DNA of 64,000 bases from Bugula neritina. Lineage: Eukaryota > Animalia > Bryozoa. The notes under the pieces were generated by a model. It did not search any database. It was not told the origin of the DNA and was given only the letters and a program-made list of their open reading frames with translations. Below, piece by piece: positions 26,701 through 40,494 of the stretch. The position numbers and the translations under genes were made by a program. The stretch covers positions 28,705,504 to 28,769,503 of the forward strand of contig OZ037765.1 of the NCBI GenBank assembly GCA_964035545.1. Reading direction: 5' to 3'. Position 1 is the first letter of the stretch. Every line of letters begins with the position of its first letter.

Positions 26701-28274
26701 ATGAACCACATAGGAGCAGTAATGGGGTAATTAAGATAGCCAAAGTTTTTTATTTATTCTCTCAAATTTTGGTTTTAGGCTTAAATTCTCTCAAGAACAT
26801 AACTTCTTTTGCTACATTTCTAATCTAGAACACAGGCTTTTCTCAATTTCCTATCACTACTTTTCCATCGTTCTTATAATGCAAATGGATTTTTCATTTG
26901 TACTGTTAATTTAGAGGAAAATCTATTTGAATTATGCACAGCTTAGAAATGGGTCATTCTATTAAATCGAAATCTTTTGTGACAAAGCAGAGATCAAGAG
27001 TTGTGGCGGCTAGTTGCATAGTTACAAGATGTAAACAATAGTTATAGCATATAATCTACGCTAAAGCGAAGCTCGTTCCATATGAATTTACATTATTTTA
27101 TTTAGCTGCTATTTTTTTCTTTTCTCACCTATCTCCGCTTCGTCTTGCTGGGGTGGCTGCTATTATTTAAGATAATTACTAGTCATTCTTAATCTATGAA
27201 ACATTACTTTAAGCCGAAGGATTCCCAGGCTAAAGTTAAAAAAGAAGTTGAATTCAATCTGGCAAAAATCTAGGCAGAAGTGGTAATGAAATTATCATTG
27301 GGCATTAACACTGACTCAATGTCAGCCATATTAATTTGGATTTCAATTCAGCTGACAATATTGAAAAGGAGATGTCTTTTTTAAGATAAGACAAGTTTGT
27401 ACGGGTTACATAGAAATGTCTTATTTTCAATGTAATCTTCTGATTCCATGAAAACGCAGTGCATTAATACACCTACCTCAGTTGAACACAATACGTACTG
27501 GGCTAAAGACATAAAACACTGGATCTTCCCAATCTCGAATCACCTCTTTTGAAATTTTTTCTGACTGCATCATGTGCACTCATGCCCTCTATTTGACCTC
27601 AATTCTATCTTGACATTCTGCCTCACATTTCAAGACTTTTTCAGTGCTTTCAGCATTGCAAGGACTGACTTGTGATTAACTGGTAATGTGTTGTGATATG
27701 CTAACTAGGGGCATTTTGCAATCCACACCTTTTTCTCTTAGACCAGCCATGTTCAACCTGCAGCCTTTAGACTTTTGGCAGCTTTTGGAGCTGGTAAATG
27801 TGGGCTTTTGATTTCTTAATAAAATGAAAATTTAATTCAGTTTCAATCCTTCCTAAATTTTGCTCTTCACCAACACTCAAGTTTACTATATGAATCATGA
27901 CTGCTAGTACGTATTGATGTTCACAGTTATTTTCTCAAATGGGGTTTGCTCAAGGTAAATTCAAATTGAGGCTAACGGACTCTTATCGGAGCAATACTCT
28001 TCACATATCAGCATCATGCAGACATTAAACCAAATTATCAAACCATGTTGTACGCTGTTCAATGTACAAAAAAAGGCTTCCTTTCCTGAACAAATCTAGT
28101 TATTCACCTGGTTATGTTTTTAAAAACAAAATAAACACATATAAATTTGAAAATAGGCTTTAATTAATGTAATATAGAGGGTTTTTTACAGCGAAATTGA
28201 CGCTGAATTTTTTAGTGGCATTTTTGGTGCTCAGGTTTTTTTGCAGCCTTTTTTCCAAAAACGTTGAACACCCA

Positions 28275-28905
28275 TGCCCTAAACGCACTTTGCCGTAACG
28301 TAAGCTGTAACAGCAAAAACAAAATAGCCCTGCTGTTACATTTCGTCAATAGCCGTTCATACACTGAAACAGTATAATTTATGCCATTCAACTGTAGCCA
28401 ATAATAATTAAGCTATTTCTTTTCTGTGGTAACTTTTTGGGTATTATTCAAAAATTTGTTGAAACACATTTCTCTTAAGATGTGATATGAATGCTATTGA
28501 CTAGATAAAAGCAATTAAAAGAAGATAACATTTTTTTAAATATATGTGCCCCTAAAATATCTGTGCCAATTAATTAATTTTTAAGTGTTTGGTTCGCGTG
28601 TTTTTGTAATTATTCAAAGTTAGATTTTTAGGCTAGGCTTAACCTAAACAAGCGGGTTAAAGATTTTTTAATCTTTTGAAGCTATGGAATTACGTAAATT
28701 AAGTAAATAATAGCAACTAAGATAAGCCAGCGAAGAAAGTTCTTTAAATTTTAATACCATATCAACTCATTGGATATAGCTGTCCAATATGATGATAGAT
28801 TTTATGCAATTGCAGACTTCGAGAGCGTCTCTCTGCCCAATAGGAGCCCGACGTGATTTTAAATGCCTTTAAAGCTGGCTGATATTTTACGCGGTCTACA
28901 CACTG
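28275..28905. mobile_element. Degraded copy of the non-autonomous DNA element at 36980-37287
   Basis: Shares ccctaaacgcact...gtaacagcaaa at the left end and tcaactcattggatat..tgtccaat...tagat...gctgatatttta...ctaca at the right end with 36980-37287. Confidence 0.5.
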
Positions 28906-29251
28906 AAAAATGTATGCTACCTTTTGACGAGTCACAATGCAATATGCACAGGTTTTTGCACTGAACTGGCTTTCGGATTACGTTTCATCTGGGTCAGGGT
29001 TTGTGTCCGTTTCACTATTACTTCATGTTGTTGGTAATAACTCCCAAATGAGAAGTACAGGAAGTACAGAAATACAGAAGTACAGAACTGATATCAATCA
29101 CAACGAGCAACTACCAGTCATTTGAAATGAAAACTCCAAGTCATGACGACAGAGGCTTAGAGTAAAGTGCAACTAACTGTCTGACAGATTCAACAACAGC
29201 TAAATGAAGCAAACCAAGCAAAGGTACATAGCCATCAATGTTAAATATTTT

Positions 29252-29750
29252 AAAGTTTGTAGACTAGGAAACAGATTTTAAAAACCTTCCAAAGGCAAAG
29301 AATATAGCAGGCATAAGAGAACTCCACATGCTGAAAAGGTATGTTGGTGGTGAGGCTAGAAAATGCATAAATGGTTTCCTTACAAGCAATACTGTTGAAG
29401 CATATAAAGCTGCAAGGAAATACCTCAAGCAAAGATATGGAAATAAAACAGCTCTCTAAAGGCAATTCAAGAAGAAATTAAGTGGTTGGCCAAGAATCTC
29501 ACCTCATGACAACTATGATTTGCAATAGTTTGCTGACCTTCTAACTTATTGTAAATGTACAATGAGGCATTTTACCCATTGGAAAAGACTGAATGACCCT
29601 AACCAGAATCTGGCACTCATGGACAAGCCCACAGAATGGCTCATGTGAAAATATCGGATAGCAGCGTATGGAAAAAAACTCATGAGTCTTTCCTGGACTT
29701 TAAAACCTGTATGGAGTTCATTATCAAGGAAGCTACAGCTGTCAGCATAC
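29252..29750 (+). mobile_element. Decayed BEL/Pao LTR-retrotransposon gag fragment
   Basis: One frame reads KFVD*ETDFKNL...LHMLKRYVGGEARKCINGFLTSNTVEAYKAARKYLKQRYG...*RQFKKKLSGWPRISPHDNYDLQ*FADLL...LNDP...DKPTEWL. This is the Pao-type gag (DUF1759-like) pattern, with in-frame stops. Confidence 0.75.
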
Positions 29751-30116
29751 TGGAAGATCAGAGAGTGAGTGACAGAAACTCAGCCTACAACAGGAGCTCA
29801 TGCCATGAAGGAAAAGTAGAGCCTGTTTTGGATTGTTGCTTGCAACAGCAGTATTGGTTCACGCTTGCACGCCTAAAACTAGCTGATGGTTGTGAAAGTG
29901 GCCCAGAGTTTGGCTGGCTATCACTCGAAGAAGTGAATTTTCTTCTGCTTGGGCAGTGATTGATATTGCATCATCTAATCCTTTCTCACAGAGAGTGGTA
30001 GTTTGTCACCAAGGTCGCCAATTTGAGACATTGTTGTAGAGGAAAGCTGATTTACTTCATCTAGCAATCTCTGCAGTATTGAAAAAACTGATCAAAGATG
30101 TTAGCTCATGTTAGTC

Positions 30117-30590
30117 ACACGATATTTTGAAAATGGCAGTTGGAAAACACCTACATGGAAAACGGACAATTCACCAATAGACAACTCAAAAATAGACTAT
30201 TAGAAAACAGACAATTAGAAATTAGATGTTTGGAAAATGAAGAATATTCAACATGGCCTAATCCATCGGGAGAGGGGGGCTGGCATCTGGTAGGGTCCAA
30301 AATAGCTTTTAAAAATAAATATAAAAGCCGAATAAGTTAAGCTATCATGGAAGTATAATTAGTTGTTGAACAGTTTCAATTTAAAATTGCCCACGTTTAC
30401 AATAAGCTATTTTGAACCCGGTCATATGCTAAACACCTCCTCCAGAGTAGGTCATGTTGAATACTTTTCTTTTTCAAATGTCATTTTCCAAACATCTATT
30501 TTCCAATTTGTCCATATTCTACTTGTCTATTTTCAGTTTGTCTGTTCGTGATTTGTCCGTGTTCCAAATTGTCATTTTCGAATAGTCACA
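30117..30590. mobile_element. Foldback-type element with long inverted arms built of ~15-bp subrepeats
   Basis: Left arm gaaaa(c/t)agacaat repeats ending tagatgtttggaaaatga...tattcaacatg; right arm catgttgaata...tcattttccaaacatcta followed by ttgtc(t/c)atttt repeats. Confidence 0.65.
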
Positions 30591-30658
30591 GATTCATCCC
30601 TAACAGGCTTTATTTTGTTAATTTCACCATACGCTTGCTGAACACACAATAGCACATC

Positions 30659-30974
<316 letters not shown>

Positions 30975-33900
30975 GGAACCCGTTGGAATATATACTATTC
31001 CAACGGGTTTCAAATATGTTCAAATGCATTAGCCTAGTTGCTGTAAATTGCTTTTACATAGGCATAAGCCTCACCCTTTACACAGTGTTAGAGGACCCAA
31101 GCTTTGTCTTCGGGAGCTGAGTATGTTGAAGGAATAGCCTTCTTAATATGCGAGACTCACTTGAACGTGGATATGACTGGTGTACAAGGCTCATGGGTTG
31201 ATCAGATTGCAGCCTCATAACATTATTGCCTGTATATGCTTAAGTAACAGATGAAGTACTTACATGATTCGAATGCACTCTCAACGACTGATACATGATT
31301 GTGTTCAAACTAGATATCTGATCACCAACCTGTGTGTGACTAGCATTATGAGAGTTGTGTGTTCTATGAGTGTCTGCTGACAAACAGATGTGAAATTATC
31401 AGAACTATTGGTGGTGAGGATCCTATCGCTATAACTGGTTGGCAAGCATTAGTCATTTCTAGGCAAACATTACTTTCATTTGGCAGTTTTAGATAAATTT
31501 TTTCCTAAAACGTTGATTATGCTAGTGTTATACGATTGTTTGCAATACCATTGATAGCTTCGTATGAGGGTTTGAATTTATCAAAAAATCCCTCTATTGT
31601 AAGTCCGTTGACAATTTTTTGACTGTCCATACTGGCATCATTAACCGAGTTAAGGAAATCTTGCAGTTCTAAATATATGGCCTCTTTTTCTTGGAACAGT
31701 GTGTACTCAATATTTGACACAGCCTCAGCTCTCATAATTGCAATCCTTATCTTTGATGCATTTAAGTCAGTTGTCGCTTGAGTTATTTATTATGACAATT
31801 TCTCAATAATAAATTTTTGTTCTATGTAATTAAGTATAATGTTGTGAAATTATAGGCAGGGTTTAACTTTTTTTATCATTGAGTGAGCTTGTAGACTAGT
31901 TCTCAAATAGTTTGGGCAGTCAACATTTACATAAAAACAACTTTAAGAAGAAAGTAAGAGGTCTGAATAATAATATAATATTATGAGTATGATAATTAAA
32001 AGAATGGGTAATAACAAATATATGATAGAGTAAATATAGGTTTACAGCACATTACATAAATTATGTTCTCTCTAAATCTTTGTAGGCAATTCTCTTGTGT
32101 GCAATGTTTAAAATTTTATCCGAAGGTCTTGCTGCAAAGCATAAAATTGTGAGTAAGGAACTTTAAAATTATGTTGTGGACTTGAGGTCTCCCATGAAAA
32201 GCCACTCCTTAAATGATCAGCCAGCAAAATATGCCACTTATACAGTGGCTTCAGATGTGGGTATAAATAAATATATAGTTTATTATATAGTTATATAATA
32301 TAAATATCACAATTCAAGCAATAGGAACAACATACAGTGATATAACAGTCTAAAAGTCTATGTATTAATTGAGTTTGTTAATTCAAAAACAAAAGCATAT
32401 GTAAAGGATTAGCTTGTATAGATGATTGCATGTATATTTTAATATACCCAGTTATTTCCTTAGGTATCCTTTGAGAGTTTTGTATAGATATGAATAATTT
32501 TGTATTGAATTTCAGCATTTTTCTATAGTCAATTATAATAGGAAAAATATTTTTTAAGTTTTTATTTTGAACTGTTATTTCAGCAAGATATATTAAAATG
32601 AAACTATGGTAAATATTATGTATTAGGATAATGTATTAATGAAATTTACAACAAGCAGCGTGGTGCTATGGTAGGCTCATTGTCTTGTCTGTAACATACT
32701 GAAAGTAAGTTTGTAAATTTTTCTAAGTTATGAATTTGTCAAATAAACATTCACATGTTGGAGCTTGTAATTGCAACATTTTGCTAGCGAAGACTCGGCA
32801 TGTTTCAAAAAATGTTGATGAATCAAGTTACACCTAAGTTTGGTCTTTTTTGAAGGGTTCTTGGAATATTTTCTGACAGACTAATGACAGTTACATATAA
32901 TACAAGCCCAGCTACTTTTAGTTGCATAAGCGAAAATTATAGGTGACGGTTAATAATTGGCTTGTTTTGTCTGGGATCGATTGGCAGTATTATGGCTTCT
33001 ATCTAGAAAATGTGGTAAATCTAATCAATCCCAGACCCAGACAGGTAACGACCTAGATGCCATCATGTACTCAACTAAAAGGTTTCAACATATGTATTGG
33101 GTGTCTTAACAGTTTTGTTTTGCTAGCGTGGCCTCTGTTTTCTCTCAAGGTGGTAGTCAAATGCAGCAATAATTATATGGTGTCAACAGGTGTGTCTGGT
33201 GGCGTTCTTAAGTCTCAACTAATGAAAAAAACTATAATATTAGTAAATACTGTATGAAATGTATAACATATTTGCAGCATTGACATAAAAAACATAATTT
33301 ACATGTTAAAGATGCTTCAAGTTAAATGTTGAAGTTATGGACAAAGTACTGATAAAATAATATTTATTGCACCTGATAGCTCCAAATGCCGTATGTAGTA
33401 AGTTACAGCATCATATATCAGCATCGTATATAACCTGATGCTTAGTTGAATAAAATGTTGTTTGTAAAGTCTATGTTGACATTATACACCTCTCTTTAAA
33501 TTTATGACATAGGTGCAGAGCTGCAGTGTAGTTTTATAGCGTTAGTTCTATTTTGCAGCATAGGAACTTGTCTGTTTGCAAATAAAACATGAATTATTCA
33601 TAAAAACCAAGCCTAAAATTATATATCAAATACCCTGCATCTAGGTATAGTAAATAGTCAAAGGCAAAGAGAAATGACAATAAAAACAAGTGTTGAATTG
33701 GTGGCCTAGTAACTAGTATTAAAATGCACAAAAAGATAGAATAAAATTAAATTATGTGTATTTTTCATACACAGCAGCTCCAAGATATTGCATGTTACAT
33801 TTTCATTAGTGCTTATTTACTTTATTATATTTCATAATGTATCTAATATGGCTATAATATCTCTTCAAGTTCTACTGCTTTTAAACTTTCACTTCAAGCT

Positions 33901-34539
33901 TGTGTAAGGGGCTGTAAGTTTCATTATTTTCTCAACTGCTGCCTTGTAATTTTAGTATTAAATTCATTGAATGATTCAAAGAAGAAAAACTATAAGAAGC
34001 AAGGACTGTGGCAATGGATAAAGCGAACGCTTCAGAGAACCAAAACTCAGTACATCATTCAGCCACCAAAAAAGCAAGAATTCTTTGTTTAAAGTTACCA
34101 TTGTTTTATTATGATGTATTTTTGGAAAAGTCAGTCTAGAAATTACAAGAATGTCTGACAGAAAAACACATATATGCATATAGAAGACAATTGGATAGAC
34201 ATTAATAAAATAGCTGTTTATAGCCAATCAGAAATTTGCGAAAAATAGTTTTATCTGTAAGAGCCATTTTTAAAAAAATATAAATAGCAAATTATGCTAA
34301 AATTATTTAATTAGTAGCTAACGAACATTATTTCTACATAAATATTTGAAAGCATAGAAATGCATGCATGAGCTTGAAATAAACTAGTACTTATAAAACA
34401 ATAACTAGAAAATTTGTGTAATAAATATAAATGAAAACAAAATATATGACAGTATAAATATATTGAGCAAATTAAAATTCAGATCCAAAATTTTTCCAAC
34501 TCATCATTCATTGTTGGTTGCAATACTATCAACAAGCAC

Positions 34540-37500
34540 TTAACTAATAGCTTCATGTGGCCAATTCAGCTGTTTAATGAGTGCCCCTTTACTACGGGCA
34601 TATCCACCATACCGTTCTAATCGGTGGTCATAACTTCCACTTCGCCATCCGTACAAACTAGTTGTTGTTCGAGGAAATGGGTGTGGAGAAGGTAAAACTT
34701 TAATATATTTCTCAACAGGAGTAATAGGTGGAAGTTTAAGATGAGAAGGTAGCTCCTTGACCTTAGTATTTCTCTCTGGGAAATCATCTTTCACAAGCTA
34801 AAACAATCATCTTAGTGGTATATAATCTAAAACAACATCTTTTTTTCTTTATTCCCAGATGCTAATATATTTTTAATTTATCCTTTTTTACAACTTACAT
34901 CTGTATACTTTGTTTTTAGGAAATCCCAGTTTCCTGGCCATTTCTTTGCCGCCTCTTTTTCCATGTGAACATGATCTTTCCTGTGAAAATTAATAAATTT
35001 CATGTGATACTCAGTTAATATACAAATAATGTACAGCTACAATAAAAGTAATAGAAGGTCATTTAATAGGACTTCTAAATGTCTGTCACTACCTGGTAAT
35101 TATAGGTTTTACTTGGTTATCTTTTGCAAGTAAATAGACATTAGCTTGAAAGTTAAACACAGCAGGTAGTAGTTGGCATTGAGTAAATTAGTATGTATAT
35201 GAACTATAGTTGAATTATCAGATTTTCCTATAAAAAGTTTCAGTACAGTCTAAGTTGATGCAGCATACCAATTTTTTCTTTAAACATTCATCAAATAAAA
35301 CTCATTCAACAACTTCTAAAAATATATGAATAAACTTTTAATAAACCAATTGCACTGAACTACCTTATGATGCATTCTGCTAAAATATTTGCGATGAGAG
35401 TGAAAAGCTATTTTTATACAGCAAAACAACAAGGACATAGGCACATTAGGGGGATTGCATAGTAGCCCATACTGACACTCTTGATCCACTCATGCAAATA
35501 ATATAAGGGAAAGTGGGGCTAGTTGAACCACGGGGCTAGTTGAACCACATGCTCTAAATTTTCTTCTTTAAATAATTACACCATTTTATTTCCTTTACTT
35601 GAGAGGGTTTTAGGTGAACTATCAAACATATGAAAATATATGAAATCAATTAAGCAGAAGTTTTCAAGTGAGCGAGTATGCTTCACACTTTTTGCATCAA
35701 AAATAAGCAAACTAGCAAGTCATTTTTCCATAAAAAAAAGTTGCATAGCTTTCTATCTTTTAATCATAGTCCAGTCAAGTCTATTCAGGCATGTATTTTC
35801 AACATGATATCAAAGCTGGGGAGTAACCTAAAGTTGCAGAGATATCTCACTCACAGCAGATATTGACAATAATTGGCAGAGTGACAGTGTGGGGCTAGTT
35901 GAACCACATAAAAAGTGGGATGAGTTGAACCAAGTACAATTTGCCCCACTAGTTATTTTCACTATGCTGATTATAATTAGGCACACCAATTTTTACATTT
36001 AAGCTTATATTTCTTTTAATTTAAGCTGGTTTGTCATCAATATATAAATCCAAACATATACATTTGGTCCTAGAGAAAATGAAAATGTAGGTCAACAGTG
36101 TAATCAAACTATTCTGCAAATGATGTAAAATTAAATACGGAAAACAATCAGGGGAATATGCAGATAAGAAAAACTTAACTACTGCAATGAACATGGTAAA
36201 GCAAGGCAGTGGCATAAATCATCTGCCATTGTTGAGAGCCGCCTTCAAAAAATTTGGTTATGCTCAACCATATCGTGTATTTTTTATGTCATATGAGAGA
36301 ACCCATTTCATATCTGGAACTTGTTCAACGATGCAATGCCTTTCCTACCAGTTTGCTGCTGCTGCTCGAGTTTTAAAGTGTCTTCTACATCGCCTATATC
36401 TGAGAAGTTAAATGGGTGCAATGACAGATTACATCCAGAGTTTCTGTTATTTGTTTATGCTAATTTATTGTATTTTTTTAATGATTTGTATTGTTAGTAT
36501 TTAAAAAAAAACATTTCTTAGCTTGTAAAAGAGGTAAAACAACTTACATTATAGGATAAATGACGCTAGTTCAAACTTTACACAGGGCGGTTCAACTTGA
36601 GACCCGTTGTACCAAAGGACTTACAGGTGAAAAATAGGCTCTATCTTAGAGAGTAAAGTGTTTTTGTATTTAACTTTAATAAACAAAGACAGCAACACAC
36701 GACTGATTTTTATGGTGTAATGGTGCAAGTCTTTAGATTGGCAAAAAAAGTCTACAAAACTTATGCTCAAAGACGCAATTTTTGGTTCGACTAGTTCATG
36801 CACCCTCCCCTATTAAACTGTTTTTAAATTTCAGCAATTAGGTACTAAATTAGTGTTATAAGCAAAAAAGTCATTAAAATGTATGTTTTTATTCTATTTA
36901 TCTTGTTTTCATAAAAATTACCACTATATGTGATTCAATTAAACACAACTTAGGACCATCCTGCAGTCCTACATTCTAACCCCCTAGACACACTCTGCTG
37001 CACTGTATGCATTGTAGGCCGTAACAGCAAATATCAGCCATTTTTAAAATTGTCCGAGATTCCTGTACGGCATTGCGGTACGTCAGAATCAAGCACTGCT
37101 TGATTAAAAAAGTTGCGTCGGGATCCTATTAGACAGAAAGACATTGCGTCAACTCATTGGATATAAATGTCCAATGAGGTGTCGTAGATCGCATCCAATA
37201 GCGAATTTTGAAAACTTCAGCCCGAACACATTAAAAATAGCTGAAATTTTACATTACGACCTACAACACGGCAGTGTGTTTAGGGGGTAAACTGAAGTTG
37301 TCTTCTCTTTTATTAATACATTTTTAATACAAATAAGATAATAAAATTAGTCCTTATTTCTACCTAGCAGACTGAAGTTAAAGAACTCCTGACAAATTAA
37401 GGCAGTTTTAAATATTCACATACATTTTAGCTATCATCTACAGTTGTATGTTAAAACAATATTCAGTTTTGCAAAAAAAATTGGTAGAAATACGTCTTGA

Positions 37501-38786
37501 ATTAATTTAGAATTTTCGATAGCATTGCTGGTGACGTTTCCAGTCGGCTTTTACGTCTGCCGCGTATTATAAAGCTAACAGCAACTTTTATTAATGTTCA
37601 TTGCATGCTATTTTAGCGGCTACATCACACAGCCTAATAGCTGAACTGGTTTGAAATTTTAACTTCAAACTGATATAGACTGATTAGAAAAACCTCTGGC
37701 TGTTTACATTGGCAACTAAGTTATAGACAAAACTGAGTACAGATCTACTTGAGTTTGAGAGGTATTGCTTGCGGGTGATGGACTACATTTAAGTCAGTAG
37801 AGTAGATTTGCTGTTATCAGTTTTTGCTGTGTAAAATATCTTATTGCAAATGATGTGATCAAAAAGCAGGCTGGGCGGAAGAAATATATATACACACAAA
37901 GAAAAGACACCTGTAGTAGTGTGAGATGTTTGCAGAAGAAAAGATGATGATACCCTCCTAGTTTCTAGCCACTATATCACTGTTTATTGCAAAACCCTTT
38001 TAGAAAAGAAAAGAATCTCTCCAAAGTTATAAGTTCTAACAAGCAATCAATTTTCTAAAGTATCCAAAAGCTAACAGCAAAACCAAATGAGCTGTGAAAA
38101 ATGTGTAGGAAAACTGCAGACTCTATGATCTAAGCCTATTTATTTTATAGAGTTGCCCTTCTTGAGAATAGCTTTATTTTTCTAAAACTACTAATAAACA
38201 GATTGTAAAAGAACTAGTTTGCATGCCTACAATACCCAAGAACAGAGTGAAAGACAAACTACTAGATATAGCAGGGAAAGGACAATAGACAAAGGAAATT
38301 ATTAACTATCAAGCCTGTAGTCATCCAGTTGCTAAAACTTTATAACTCAAGGCTCACAAGTTTACGTCAGGAACCCATAACAAAAGGTGGCTGTCTTGAA
38401 CAGCCCAACTTTATTTTTTTATACAAAAATTTAGACTATTTATTGCAACACAAATATATTTTTAAAAAAAGGGCCTATGATGCTTAAGCCAAATGCTACT
38501 CTACTGTTTTTACAGGATGCAAAAAAACTCAGCTCTGGGGGAATACAGTCATCCAAGATTATGATCATAGTGGGTTAATGCAGCCTTTAGTTTATTAAAC
38601 ATATGCAGTAGTTTTAGTGGACCTATGAGCTTTGGTTAAAAAACAAAAGCAGTCTAGAAAATAAGTGCTGGGCTAGTACAAAGCTGACCTTGGCTATAAT
38701 TGTATATTTAACTACATAACTTACCAGATTTCATCGTTAGCAACAAAATTACATTTTGCTACCTGAAGGCCTTGCGTGTCCGTCAT
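34540..38786 (-). CDS. CIMIP1: Ciliary microtubule inner protein 1 (C20orf85/LLC1 homolog), 133 aa, 3 exons
   Basis: Exons 38725-38786 (MTDTQGLQVAKCNFVANDEIW), 34899-34980 (KDHVHMEKEAAKKWPGNWDFLKTKYTD), 34540-34797 (...LPPITPVEKYIKVLPSPHPFPRTTTSLYGWRS...KGALIKQLNWP). Matches the C20orf85 motifs DEIWK..WP.NW.FL, TPVEKYIKV.PSP and P.TT...GWRS. Confidence 0.9.
35506..36810 (+). mobile_element. Internally deleted pogo/Tc1-mariner-like DNA transposon in CIMIP1 intron 1
   Basis: TA on both flanks; termini AGGGAAAGTGGGGCTAGTTGAACCA ... TGGTTCGACTAGTTCATGCACCCTCCCC; repeated GGGGCTAGTTGAACCAC subterminal motifs (~35515, 35532, 35891, 35916). Internal frameshifted relics RKTIRG..LTTAMNMVKQG, LSYQFA and HRLYLR resemble pogo HTH regions. 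Confidence 0.65.
36980..37287. mobile_element. Non-autonomous DNA element (MITE) with CCCCCTA(G/A)ACACACT TIRs
   Basis: Left cccccTAGACACACT, right AGTGTGTTTAggggg; flanked by ctaa and taaa (degenerate TTAA/TAA target; CCC termini are piggyBac-like); internal pairing tgtaggccgtaa/ttacgacctaca. Confidence 0.7.
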
Positions 38787-39106
38787 TTTTTAATATTTTT
38801 ATTTATTTTTCAAGTTTGCTAAACTAAACTGTCAACACCTTTAACTTTGAGTTGATAGTGATGCCTATGATCTAAGTCGGAACTCGGAAGCGATCAAACA
38901 GCACTTAGAACCTGTTAGTCAACTTGGGTCTTACAAAGACAACTGCTAATTTCATCAATTATTTACAAATATAACATTTATTTGTTTTGATAGAAGCAAA
39001 ATATTTTGGTGACATTGACGAAGCAACTCTGGCTGTTGTAAATTTAACAGCCGTATCTCTCTACCGAAAGTTTTGTAACTCGGAAATTTCAAGAGATACT
39101 GCTTTT

Positions 39107-39119
39107 GTCGCTAGGCAAA
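39107..39119. promoter_or_regulatory. RFX X-box-like site upstream of CIMIP1
   Basis: GTCGCTAGGCAAA about 320 bp upstream of the CIMIP1 ATG; a second match GTTACCGTAGCAAT at 39500-39513. Confidence 0.5.
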
Positions 39120-40494
39120 TGTGACATTACAACATTATATTCACTTAAGATTAGCTTGCAAAATCTGTCTTATTCATCATTTTTGTGCATTTTACAAATA
39201 TTTTTTTGAAAATAAAAAAATAAACAACAAATTTTAATTGCAGTTTGCGTGTTTTTTGAAATTAACTACATGTTGTAACCATAGTCATAGTGTTGTGTTT
39301 GCACAATTTAGCAGGGACTCTCCCACTATATCAAGGTCAGGTTCAGCGATCGTAAAATAATAAAAAGTATAAACCGCGTCTACTTGCAATATTTGTGATA
39401 ATATGCACATGGCCATTTGCCTTTGGTAGGCTACTGTTTCTGATAATAGTTTGAAGACCAGTGCTAAATTTTGAATTATATAATAATTTCCAAGGTGTTG
39501 TTACCGTAGCAATAATCTGTGGTCATTATCAACTTCAAGTGATGATCATTGTGATTATGATGATATTCATATGCTCAGTGACTGATATAGTGAATCATAT
39601 ACTAATACAATATTTAAATTCAAATTGATTTACGTTCATCATGATCATTTTTATTTTACCTTCAAATACATAATGATAGTTATTATTATGATGAGATTAA
39701 GTTTATGGGCCAACTCTACAATTACAAGTACATGGCCCCATGCACTGTGATGATGGGCATATTGATATAGTGATAGTAGCTTTAAAATTTAAGTGGTAAT
39801 GGCCACCGCCATGTCTTCTTGTCTAATCATTAACGAATACCAATATGATGTAATTATATTTATAACAATAAAATATAAACATTATGATTATTGATTTTTT
39901 CAACTATGAGTCTGAAATTGAAAGCATTCAGCATTGACTTTGAGCTCAAAGTCAATAACAATCAATATGAATATGAATATAAATATCCTTATGACTATGA
40001 GTATGACTATGATCGTTATATTTACAGCTACTTCAATTTGGTTATGTTTTTTTGCAACACTAGCTAATAAATTTTGAATATGTTAGTTTTGATCAACTTT
40101 TACATATGATAATCACAGTCATATGTTGATGGTTAGTAATTGCTCACAGCCAGTGTGAGTTTTTAAACAGAAAAATGAAACCTCATAGGAATAGGCATAA
40201 CGGTGATGTCTAATGATAATTATAATTGATACCTGTAAACTTGCCCTATACTTGGAGCTGAAAATAAACAGGGCGGAGGGTCATACTGATACTCACAGTG
40301 ATAATTATAGTGAATGATTTATACTGAGAGTGGTAATAATCATAAGTGTTATCATACTACATTGTCAACTCTGTAAGCATAACTATTATGCATAGTAGTT
40401 GGTAGCACTAATGGCTATCAATTTAGATTATTACTAAAAAGGCCACAGTGATAGTAACACTGTCAGATGGTGGTACTATCATATTCAAAAGTTG

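Noticed and set aside
29636-29959. 107-aa ORF as a host gene
   Set aside because: Begins in the frameshifted end of the Pao gag relic and runs into unrelated sequence.
30140-30551. ORFs with ENRQL repeats
   Set aside because: Products of the 15-bp subrepeats of the foldback element.
31517-31735. 72-aa protein-like minus-strand ORF (MRAEAVSNIE...)
   Set aside because: No recognisable homology, an upstream in-frame stop, and no partner exons that I could link; left unannotated.
32087-32149. Isolated plus-strand exon-like segment (tttgtag...gtgagt, AILLCAMFKILSEGLAAKHKI)
   Set aside because: Good splice signals but no compatible neighbouring exons or homology found.
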